Position numbers and translations under genes: made by a program. Below are positions 1-12,700 of a stretch of 64,000 nucleotides of DNA, piece after piece. Origin of the DNA: Camelus ferus (Eukaryota); contig NC_045697.1 in assembly GCF_009834535.1 (NCBI RefSeq), positions 39,868,001-39,932,000 on the forward strand, written 5' to 3'. The notes under the pieces were generated by a model. That model saw nothing but the letters and a program-made list of their open reading frames with translations, ran no database searches and was not told the DNA's origin. How positions within the stretch are numbered: the first letter of the stretch is position 1; each line of letters opens with the position of its first letter.

Positions 1-684
1 CTTTTCTGTATGTTATGCTACAATACAAAGGTTTTTAAAATAAAGATTTAAAAAAAATCAAAGAAAAACATTTGGCTTAGGCTAGCAGGCTCACTAGACA
101 TCTCTTTGCTACTCTGCCCAGTTATCAAGGGAACATTCATTCTATGATCCCAAACTCTATGGCTTTAAATGGCATCCCATTAGGTACCAGGAAATCAAGA
201 TACCACAGCAACCTCTAATAATATTAACAAAACTAAGTGCCTGCTAGGGACCGGGCACCGCTGTGGACCACTCTAGGTACTGGATATAGTACAGTGGTGA
301 GCAACGCAGACCAAGTCCCTGCCATCACGCAGCTCCTTAGAGCTGGGGGAAACACTGATAAGTAAAGAAGCAAAAAATCCAAAAGGTAGGTAATGTGTGA
401 CATGAAAAGAAAAAGTAAAGCAGGGCAAGGGGATAAAGAGAGAAGTCAGTGGTATCATTCTAGACAAGAAGATAAAGGAAGGCCTCCCCAAGAAAGCCAT
501 TTCCTTCTCAGCCAGAATACAAAGTCCAGGAGACACACTCATATACACAATATGCACCAACTCTCTGCCTTATTGAAAAGTGATTACTTAAGACAGGAAA
601 ATGATAATTACAAGGAATTTTCAGAGTCCAGTGAAATAAATATAGTGTATAAAAAACCCAAACATTTCATTTCTTTGTACCTAC

Positions 685-755
685 TTGTTAGTCTGGCTGA
701 CAATTACGTGACTTCCATCAGGAATTAAGTCTACATCATTTTTGTCCCAGTGCAC
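685..755 (-). CDS. HERC5: HERC5 exon 20 (71 nt)
   Basis: [29 protein letters not shown]. Confidence 0.95.
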
Positions 756-3700
756 CTGTAACCACAAATGAACTCATATAGTATCTCCCAAGTAATCATA
801 AACATCTACTATCAACAAAAACACTTTGGAGCACACCTCTTTTCCTCAAAAATTTGTAGAAATGTACTTTTTTGTCATAAAAATGAGCGAGAAATGTATA
901 AATAAAAAATTACCACCTTTATCATGCAGAATGGAAAATGAATTTTTTACAAAAACTTGAATTATCTATTTCAGCTGATCATACTAAAAAAATTAATTGG
1001 AAAATTGCCACCTCAGTATTCACTTTATACAGTACAGACCCAGTGTGGTAGATTAGCAAAAAAAAAAAAAAAAAAAGGCCACCAGTTCCTCCCATCCCGG
1101 TATTCTTGCCCCTCTGCAATGTGACCCACCTCCCATCAAGGGGGGAGTCTATTTCTTTGGCCCGTGTATCTGGGTGAGGCCATGTGAAGTACTCTGGCCA
1201 ACAGGGTATGGCAGGAGCAAAACCTTGAAAAGAAGCTGAGGTGTTGGGGCCTGCCATCTCTTTCCACTCTGTGTAACCCTGAGACCACTCTGTGAAGACG
1301 CCTCAGAGCCTGGAGGACAAGAGACCACTAGCACAGAGACAGCTGTTCCAGAGGACACCCCATAAACTGACCAGCCTGCCAATGACCAGGTATGTGAGCA
1401 AGGCCACTGTGGACCGTGCAGCCCGGCCAAGTCAGCCCTGTCCGGAAACCCATAGAATCACGTTTCTTGCTTTAAGCCACTAAGTTTAGATGTTGGCTGC
1501 TAAATAGTAAAAGCTAACTGATACACCCTGCTCATGAAAAATGAAAACAAAACAAAACAAAAGCACCTTTTGTACTAGCTTGGTTCAGTTTGGTTTTTTA
1601 CTAAAGGTACGTATACAAAGGTTAATCAGTTTAAATATGATCTGCAATTTCATTATTGTTACTCACATTAAAACAGACGTGAAATACTTCCCCAAAGTCA
1701 TTGCCTTCATCATCCAGAAGTGTTTGCAAACTCCTAAGGAACAAATGATTTTGTGTTTAAGAAATCAATAATCACGACAGCTACACTAAAATAAACGTCA
1801 AGAGCATGCCTGTTCTCAAGGTGGGGGGTCAGGGTCAGTTCACAGCACCTGTTTCTGTGTATTAAGAGTCTAACTAGGGCCAGACCTCACCCAAGGTGTG
1901 AGAATGGAGGTTTATTTGCAATTCTGTAGGCTCTCCACCTAATTCCCAGCTCTCTTCCCTCCACCCCAACTTCTTTTACCCCGTGACTGTAGGCATCTGT
2001 TCTGAAAAGGATCGCTAACACACTCACTGATACAGAAACTCAAACTGGTGTCACCTTTCCTTGAGCTTTTAAATTTTACTTACAGAATAATAGATGTCCT
2101 TTTAATTATCAAGTTATCTCTTAAAATTTTTGAGGAATAGGTGGGTCAAAAGACCTTCTCTCTATCTCCTGTCCCAATATCCTCAAGCTTAAGACAGACA
2201 AGAAATTTCACTGCCTTAATTGTCTCAAGGCATCTGTGAGAACAGAGGTTATATCAGCATGGAGGTCAGTCTTTTTATATTTCCATCTTCTGTTGTTCTA
2301 ATGGTACTTTATAAAATTTCTTTTAAAGTAATACATCGCTTATTATAGTATGTGGTCCTTCACTCATTTATTCATTCAACAAACACTAAGTACTTGATAT
2401 GGCAGGCATAAGGGATATAAAGTTGAGACATAAATTATTATCAATAAGCCCTGAGAATAGTAGGGTTGATGAAAGTCTTACCTACAGTGCTATCAGGTAT
2501 GTGCAGCCAAAAACAATATAAAGGTACAATTTGGGAGAGCGTGCTTAACTCTTTCTGAAGGGATTTATGTCACTGGGGAAGGCCTCTGGGAGAAGGTGGA
2601 ATCCAAGTTGACTTTCTCCCTTGATGGATTTTTTTTATTACCATACTGTGATAAGATGCTGGGTCTTTTATTATGGGATCAGGATAAAAATAGACTGTAT
2701 TTTATTCATTGTGTTTTTTGGGGGGTGAGGGAGAGTAATGGGAACTTGGCTGACAAATTTGGATTCATCGTAATACTTGGTTCATGATACTCTGTCATTA
2801 TATGTCCATCTACAGTTTATTTGCTTATTTATGGGTGTGTTTATGAAGAACATCTGTGAACCTGCATCCCCAAACAAGAACTAAAACATTGCCAACATCT
2901 TATACCTACCTATCAGGGGTACCTCCCTTATCTTATTTTTCTACCACCCCCTAAATGTTACACAAATATTTACGATTTGAAGAGGATCTTTTCATCAAAG
3001 TATCTCTTGATGAACAGGGAACTTCCTTCATCTTACTGCAATTAAATTTATCAATCCTTCCTTTAATGTACCAACATTAACTTTTTATGTCTTGCTTGAG
3101 AAGTCCCAACGGTGAGAAAGGTATGTGTCCATATTTTCATCATTTTTGCATTCAATATTTAAGTCCTTTATCCATACAGAGTTGATTTTTTTTGTATGCC
3201 CTAAGGTGCCTGCCCTCATTTTTTCCCTGGATGCATTAACTGACTAGTACTTCTATTCCCACTGATTTAATCTACTACCTCTAACAAAGTGCCATGTGTG
3301 TAGGGTCAGTTTCTGTGCTCTCCTGTCCCACTAGAAAGCCTGCATCAATACCATACTGCCCTAACTAATGCAGCTTTCTAATGACCCTTGATACCTGGTT
3401 GGCTAGGTTCCCCATCCTTATTCACCTTACAAATTATTTCTGGCTATTCCTGGCCCTTTGTTCATCTATATAAATTTTAAATCAGCATGTCAAGTTTTTG
3501 TTTTTTTTTCTTTTTTAAACCTGCTAGGATTAAAATAGGAGTCGCAATGAATATAGAGATCAGTGATTCTCCAAGTGTGACCCAGACCAACAACTTGTGG
3601 GAATCCCTAAGGCCTTTATAGGGGTCCACAAAGTCAAAACTGTTTTCTTAATACTAAGATGTTACCTCCTTCACATTCTGTTCTGAGTACAAGGCAGAAT

Positions 3701-6700
3701 TTTCTAGGGGCTATATGAAAGCTAACAGATGAGTGTGTATTTCTGTATTTAAAATATGTATCACTTTTAACTTCCAATACTGTAAATACCAACAAATGTA
3801 AACAATGTAAGATATACATAAAAGCTCTCCGGGGTCCTCTCTTAATTTTTAAGAGAGTCTTAAGACATAAAAGTTTGAGTAATGCTAATACATATTTAAT
3901 GATCTTTACCTTTACTGAGTTTATGTATATTTGGTTTATTAAGTCTTCTTATGCATAAGCTTTCAATGTTTTCAGTTAAAAAAAATTATCTCCTGCTTTC
4001 TAAACCTCTCAATATTTTTTTCCTTATAAGTATAGTTAGTATATTGGTTAATAATGGGATTCTGGAGCCAGACTGCCTATATTCAAATCATGGTTCTGTC
4101 ACTGTGGGGTCTGGGGCAAGCTACCTCACTTGTGTGCGTTTCAGTTTCCTAATCTGTAAAATAGGAATAATAGGATCATACTCCTGTTCTCATTCTTTTA
4201 AAAATCTCCACAGTATTCCACTGTGTAAATATACCAAAAATACTAATTCCCTTACTGAGGAACTAGACATGCGCATCAGTGTTACACAGATCTTTGCGTG
4301 ACTGTGTGTTTCTGAGTGGGAAATGTCTAAAGGTCAAAGGAGCAAACGTGTTTTGATGCTAAGTACAGTAGTCCCCCCTTATCCACGGTTTTGCTTTATG
4401 CCGTTCCATGAAGCAGGATGAAATCTCAGGCCCTCCCACTCTGTCTGTCCGGTACATGAGTCATCCCTTTCTCCAGCAGATCCCTAGTCACCTAGAAGCT
4501 GTCTTGTGACCCCTGCAGCATCGAAGTGCTTGTGTTCTAGTGACCCTTATTTTACTTAATATTGGGCCCAAAGCGCAAGAGCAGTGATGCTGGCAATTCA
4601 GATGTGCCAGAGGGAAGCATGAAGAGTATCCTTTAAGTGAAAAGGCAGAAGTTCTTGAGTTAATAAGGAAAGAAAAGAAAAAAAATCATACGCTGAGATT
4701 GCTAGGACCTCCAGTAAGAAAAGAATCTTCCATCTGTGAAACTGAAGAAAGAAAAAGAAACTCATGCTGTTGCGCCTCAACTGTAAAAGTTACAGGCAAG
4801 GTGCATGACAAGTGCTCAGTTAGGATGGAAAAGGCATTAGGTTTGTACAATAAGGTATTTGGAGAGAGAGAGAGACCACATTCACATAACTTTTATTACA
4901 CTGTATTGTTATAATTGTTCTACTTCATTGTTAGTCATTATTAATCTCATACTGTGCTGACTGTATACACTAAGTTTTATCATAGTTATGTCATGTCTAG
5001 AGGAAAACATGGTAGATACAGGGTTCAACACTACCCATGGTCTCAGGCATCCACTGGGGGTGCTGGAACACATCTCCCACAGGTAAGGGGGTACCGCTAT
5101 ATAGCCACCCTGTGTGCTGAAAACAAGTTACCAGTTTACACTTCCACTCACAATTCCTCAAATTAGAGGGTTCCCACACCCTTGCTGACACGACCATCAC
5201 CAGCATTTCCAACCACTGTCAACTTGAAATGCATATTAGCCTCTTATTTTAGTATGCATTCCACGATCACTAGTGAGATTGACCGTCTTTTATTTTATGA
5301 GCCATTTCTATTGCTTCTTCTGTGAGTTGCCTTCTTGTATACTCTGACAACGTTTCTTACAGGAACGCTTTACAGAGTAGGGATATTAACCCTTTCTATT
5401 ATGTGTTACCAATATATTTTCAAGGTGGTGGCTTGTCTTTTAACTTAGAAGTAAGTTTTCATTTTAAAGGTGATGATGTGAAACAACTTTTAAAATAAAC
5501 GTCACTTGCAGGCTGTGCACTGAAGTGTAACTTGTGCTCTGTCACGACTGTCTCTACACAAATAAAGTCCAAAGGTTAATGCAAGCAGTGAGGACTAATA
5601 CAAAAAACCAACTTTTCTTAATTTTAGAAAGTCAAATTCTTATCTAACAATTCTTGCCAAAGTTAAAACTGGTTTAAAGTATCTAGAATGCTACTGTTGA
5701 ATGTGAAAACACTACAGGGGTGTGTGTGTGTTTAAATATTTATCTAAATATATGTTATACAGAGTTCTGAAAAAAACAGTTATGTTAACTTACTTTCCCA
5801 AAACAGGACTGAGTTCTTTCAAGTCTTCTAATGATGGTGTTTGGTCCAAAAGTTTCTTAAACAGAGCCAGTGGGAAAGGGATGTTGGCAACATTGCAATT
5901 GAACAGACAAAGTCCACACAGAACCCCAAAGAAGAAGTAACTCTTCTTCTCAAATAGAGGCTGAAAAGAAAAAAAAACTTAATATACAATGAATTTTTAG
6001 CAGTACAATGGAGTATTTATATTAAGTAAACCTTTTCACAAAATCAAATCACAAATTAAAACCAAAAAATTTGAGGTAAGAATATTTAGAGTTTATATTC
6101 AATCAGTAAGTCAATTTAAATCCTTGCCACAGTTTTGGTTACTAAATGCGTTAACAGGATGGGGTGAGGGTATAGGAGAGCTGCTGCTGAGTGGGAAAAA
6201 ACTGCAATGAGTAGCAAATTAGTCCTAGAAATCAAATGCACAGTAGAGTGAAGAGGGACAACAATACCCTATCACAGTCATCAAACTTGCTGAGATACCA
6301 GACCTTAATCATTCCAACCACTAAAAAGAAACAAGTGATGTGACAGTGGTGTTAATTATCACTAAAATGGCAACCATATTATAATATAAATGTATCAAAT
6401 CAACATGTTATACAACTTAAATTTACATAATCTTATAAGTCAAATATATTTCAATAAAAAATAAAAGTATTAACAGGAATACAAACACATGAGGCTCGTA
6501 GTCCTTATAAACTAAAGGTTTCATAATTTCTTTTCATAGCCTTTGTCTTTAAATTCATTGGGGCAAAACAGAACTAAAAGAATGAATGCCTGAGAAAGGA
6601 AGGGTTCATTTTAATCTACACATTGTATAAATGGTCAAAAACACACACACATATGTATATATATGGCTTAAGTTCTCCATGTGGACATGGAAACTCAGGG

Positions 6701-9700
6701 AGAGGTCTGCATGTTAGAGAAAATAACACATTTTTAGAATTAAAATTTATCTCCATAATTATATCACTAATTCCTCTCCTATTTATATAGAACAGTCTAC
6801 AGAACCTAATTTTCTATGGTGCATGATATGCCTTTTCTATCAGGAAATAGCATAAGCAAAGAAAAAGAGGACTTACCTTGACAGGAAACCACATGCAGGA
6901 AGCCTCTTCAGGATATGTGAACAAGCCGTACTCTGGTCGGGTCATTTCTTTAAACAGACAGTGGAAAAACTCTGCCCTGACACCTCCAAAGTCATATCCA
7001 ATTTCTCCACTAAATGAAACCTAAGGAAACAGAGTAAATGATGCATCACTTGCAGAACTCTGTATTGCTGTATTCAATCTCATTTAATAATTATTTGTGG
7101 ACCCAAGTGTTTGGTAGGCACTGTGGTAAGCAAGTTACTCATGTTATATTTAATTTTCCTATTAATCCTATGAGGGTGGAGAGGCTTCAAGAACTTGACC
7201 AACTTTCCCAAGGTTACACAGCTGCTAAGACTTAATCCTCTGTCTGCCAAACCCAAGAGTCTGATGTCTTTACATTAACTTGACCTCAACTGGCATCATT
7301 TTTATAGTCATAAGCTATATTAAGCATAATGGAAATAAACATAAAGAAATCATAAATGTTAAGATTTTCAAAAAACAGAAAAACCAAAGCACACATAAAG
7401 CACTTACTGGCTTGGCTGCTGATTCCATGAGAAGGCAGCCTCCCACCTGTTGACACCAATCCCTCCTCAAGATAATTCTCTCATAACCCATCTCTGCTCC
7501 TTTAATTACTCGCTCTCTTCCTTCCTGCCTTCCTTCCTGGAATCCTTCACATCAGTTTACAAATGTGTTAATAAGCCCTCCCTTATTCTTACAAGAAAAA
7601 AAAAAATCTCAACACTATTGTTTCCAATACAGACGATACTGGCTTCCTCTCCTCTAACACCAACTTCCAAACCCTTTTCTCTACTTATAAATGCTTCTCT
7701 CCATGGGGACCAGGAGCCTTGGACTCCCCACTTCCAGGGACTTTTTCTCATGCCCCATCTCCTTGATTTCACCAACTCATTTTCCACTGCTGGTCACCTC
7801 CTCTTTCCTCACTCTCTTCCCCCTGCCTTCTCTCATGAAGCACTGTTGAGGTTTTTGTTTCTCTCTTCTTTCTCGTGCTGCTTTAGTAACAGAAATCCCT
7901 GCAGCTCTGTGCCCGCACTGCTGTCCTCTCTCTGCTCTCTCCACGAATGCTCATTTTTTCTTTAAATTTCATTCATCACGTGCACAGGTTTAACCCTCCT
8001 ATCCATTCTGTCTTCTCTCCTGACTGACACACGCTCATTCCAAAGGTCTGCTCAGCATTTCCATCTGGAATATTCCGACAGCACTCCCGAAAGCTCTTTT
8101 TACTGGGTTATTTGGATTGAAAGCCTCTTCTACTTTGCAGAGATGCAAGTTTCAAACCTCAGTGAGTTATTTAAAATCTTTATCATAAGACCAAGCGTCA
8201 AACCCTTACCCTGCCCCTTCATTTGGGCAAGCTCTTTAATCTCACAAAGCCTCAGTTTTCCCACAAGATCATCAGAAAGATTAAATGGGATAACACAGGT
8301 AAAATGCTTCACATAGTCTAGAAAATGGTAACTGCTTATCAAATGTTACCTACATTTTTTAAATGAATGAATGAAATATAAAAGTGGAACTAAAATAACT
8401 GAGTGGACTGGCTGGCTGACAAAGGTTAGAATCACTTAATGAGTTCGTAAGATTTTTAAATTATGTATGTGCAAAAATATGTGGAAACGCCAACTCTAAC
8501 TGTAAACCTCAGTGCAACATACTTTTAGCTTTAGTCAAGTCAATCATTCTTTAATCTGAACAGGACAAGTGATAAACTAATGCTTCCCATAACACACTCT
8601 AATAAATATTATCAGGAAAATCTTTACTGGTCTTGATTAAGTGCAAAGTCTAGAGCCTGAGAGCTGGGCTCTGATACTTATCAGTTGTGTCACCCTGGGA
8701 TAAGAAACCTAACAGTTCTGTACCTCAGTTTCCCCATCTGTAAAAAGAGGTAAAAACAGAACCTTCTACAGTGTGGTTGAAAGAGTTATACAAGTAGGTG
8801 TAAAACATTTACTACAGTTCCTGGCGCAAGGAAGGCATTCATTAGGTCCTCCAGTCAGTACTGTTATTCTGTGACAAATATCCATTAGTAAGACAGCTTA
8901 GACAGTAATTAAACCAAAGACCATTAATGAATGTTCAGGACATGGGGATTATCTACAATTATACCCTCAAAACACTACATAGTCAGTAAGTTCTTTCTTC
9001 GACAAAGCAATCTGGGTTCCGGCACGAGAGCAGAAACAAACCCTCAGTTCTCCTCTGTGTCATCCACATGTCACTGGAACCCTTAAAAGGTAGTGATCAG
9101 CCAGGCCTCAGGAGGGACTGGACCTCAGGGCTAGTGGTGGGCGAGCTACCTGACCAGGCTGGGGGAACACAACCGTTTCACCTGCTCCTCCTTAGTCAGC
9201 GTGTACCGAGTGCCTCCAGCTCTCACCTGGAATTCACAGGCACCTGGGGAATTAGGGGATCTCCAACATGGACACCCCAGCAGAAAACGGAGCCAATTCC
9301 CCTCTGTAAGGCCCACTGTTACATTCTTTTACGTCTTCCTTCTCCCAGCAGCCAAAATGTTAAGTGGGAATTGTACTTTACCAGTAACTCCCTCCTCAGA
9401 TCTTCATTCTCGAACTGATTTAGCTGATTCAAAGCATCCTCAATCAAGTGATTCCTTCTGACTGTTAGGTTAAAGGTGGGCAGCAAGGCCAGTGGGGACC
9501 CTTCTCGTCCCATAATGCCAGCCAACCTCATACACATGCGTAATTTCTTCTCCTGGGAAAAGAGAAACATTTCACTTCATTTCACCATTTGCTCTAAGTA
9601 GAAATTTACAAAGTGGAAAAACTGGTTCAGTTTATTTTAAGCACACGTCACAAACATTTATGCAAAGGGCCCTATATACACCACTGGAGATACGCTATAT

Positions 9701-12700
9701 ATTCAATATCCCCCACCCCGCCACCTCCCAGCAAACAGAGGAAACACGGGACCTGGGGAATGAAAAGCTCTGTGGAGCCAACTTGGGTGAGCAGGATGGT
9801 GACCAACTGCAGACCCCACTGGACCACTTTATCCCGTAGACACAACTACAACCACTTCAGTCATCATCAATCACTATGCTCATCAGTGGCCTTGAGACTA
9901 TTAGTGAACAATGAAGCAGAGCCTGACACTAACACGCTCATCAGGAAGAGAAGCCGAGAAGTTTAGAAAAGCAGCCGAGTGCAGGGAAGTGCAGAAGGAG
10001 AGGCCTCTCTAAAGATATTCTTTGCTAGGAGGAAAACCCAGACAAGAGATTTCAGGGGACAGATAATCTAGGAAGTTAATATAAGAGAGAGACACACGCA
10101 AACTGTCCATCTGAAAACAAATGGCAATTTGGGATCATTTGTATCTCTTAGCAAAATAAGGAGCAATCAAATTCTGCAAAATAATTACTGGAAGCTTGTT
10201 TAAAATCAGGAGAGAATAGTTACAAGAGTTGAAGCAAGACAGAGTTCTTCTATCTTTTTTCCTTCCATTGTCCTTTGTTAAATATTTCATTAATGGTCAT
10301 ACTTAGAAATCATCAATTTCCTATTTTGTTTTATTATGGTAACTGCACTATGTGAAAATGTCTACTTTTATTACATCTATTTGAATATTATCCGTGCATA
10401 TCTACATGAAAAGAGAGTGAAGTGATAACAAGAGCTAACACTGTTGGGCACTTACTTTGTATGAGGCACTGTTCCAAGTGCTTTACTTATGTAACAAATT
10501 TAATCCTTACAACAATGTGTTGAGGTCCATTTCCTGAGGCATTTTTAACTGTACAACCTTAAGTTCAAAACCACTTTGCAGGATAAGCTGACAAACAGAA
10601 CTAACTCAGATGCTGACAGTAAGCACACCCAAAAGGAAACACTTTTTACGAACATTTATTGTGGCACCATCACAGAGTACCAGCCATTTATTTGGGTCTG
10701 AGTTTCAAGAATCTTCTGTCACCTCTATTCCCACTACTATGTTTTCCCACTAGATTGGACCTCCTTAAATACTGGTGCTAATTCCAACAAGCCCAGGTCT
10801 GCTGTTCCTCTCTGAGCACCATTCACAAGACTACAGGCACCAACCTCAAGGGAAAAGCCCTACAACCAGGCCAGCTGCCCAAGCTCTGCCCTTTGCTACT
10901 GAAGCCCAAGTACGCCTCAAGGCCAACCCAAATTATGACAGTCGCTCTTACCTTCTTCATTAGAGTACGAGTTCCATGAAGGTTATGACCATTGGTTTCA
11001 CCAGTGGGTGGCTCCCTTAATACCCGCCAAATACTATACCCTGAAAAAGGTCCTTGTCATTTGACTTGCTAATGAAGACAAAATAGAGCATGCATACCTG
11101 TATTTTTAAAAGCGAGTCTGCATACAGTAGTTTAATTTTCGACAGAATGTTAAAGATAAATGGAAAATGACTGAATATGACAGGAGACTGGATGTCTACT
11201 GAAGTGTCCTAAAAATGGAAATGACAACAGTTCTGATAAATGAAAGGACAGAGAAATCTTAACGCCTTAACTCTTAGCCTCAAATCCCTGATGGTTTAAG
11301 GTCTTAGTACCTATAGCCAAGGCAACCCAAAATGCTGGTCAGCAGTACTGATACACATAAAATTCTAAGAAAATGTTTTCTGTGTATCAATGAATGGTAT
11401 ATAAACAGTATGTTCAGTGCTCATTTAATTCAGCCATTAATTATAAACTCTGGACACATTCCCAAAGAGCCTGCTCTGTTGCCACCTGCACTTGTGAAAT
11501 GTGAGTTAGTTCAGATGCATTTGGTCAACAGGGAATGGAATCATTAGTAGATAGCTGGTTAGCTCATATGTGATTTTTGTCAGGCAAACGTTGATGTGCT
11601 AGGAGGAGAATTACAACCTTCAGAGAAAAGAAATTTTAAAATCTCAGGTTAGCTGCTGAACTGGCATCAACAGCCCTTTAGCTTTATTTTAAGAAAATAA
11701 AAGTACTTACATCCAGGCAACCCTCCCCAAAGCTACAGCCTCCCTTATACTGCTGGCTCCTGGTGAGTCACCCTGCCTCCTATGCCCACCTGTAAAGCGG
11801 AGCTCCACTCCCAGCTGTATTTCTCAGGATCACCCATCACTGCTTAGAGCTCGGACAGATGGCTACCCTTCGGTTTTTGTGCGTTTTTCATCTCCTCGTG
11901 GCACTCTCCACGGGCTGCTTGCCTGGTTGGTCCAAGCTATCCCTCCCAGTGGCAACCACTTTTCTCTCAATGCTCTGGCTACAAAACTGCACAGGTTTTG
12001 AGGGGTCTCTCCTGCTTTTCTCATAAGCCCTGCTATTTCTATTGGGCAATTCTGCAGACTGCAAAAATTGGGAGGAACTCTCGTGCAAAGTTATAGCACA
12101 AATGCCTGTATTTTTTCTTTTTTTTAAACTGAAGTATAGTTGATTTACAATGTCATAAATGCTGTGTTAACTCGCTGATGGTCAATACCCCCTTTAGATA
12201 AATCATACTTACTGAGTTCATTTTCCAAGATGACCTTTTACATGCGTCTGCATAAAAATCAAGCCAGTGCGTGAGTTCATTTACTTTGAAGATATTTTCA
12301 GGCAATTGATATTTAGTCTGGTTTACCTTAAATAAAATAGGACCTGTGAGAAAGTTCTATATATAAAGACAATTTTGCTTAATGGCTATAAGACTATCAG
12401 AATAAATAGCAAATTAAATACACTTTTAATGACCAGAATTAATAAGTTCTATCCAATTTCTCCACCACCAAAGCCCCAAACTTTCAGAAACATAGAGAAT
12501 ACCTAAGATTTAATAGTAGAAATTGATGGTATGATGATAAACTTCTAGTTACTTTTAATTCCTAGAGAAGTTTTAAAGAAACTTAAGTCCAAAGAAAATT
12601 AACAGTGTACTATGAATCCAAACTACTCTGGGGCCCGGTATTTCATGCCGTGTTCTTCAGAGCTTAACAATGTACCATTTATAGATGTTTCCCCAGCAAG

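Noticed and set aside
7450..7965. 171-aa Ser/Leu/Phe-rich ORF
   Set aside because: Pyrimidine-rich L2-like relic with low complexity and a non-ATG start.
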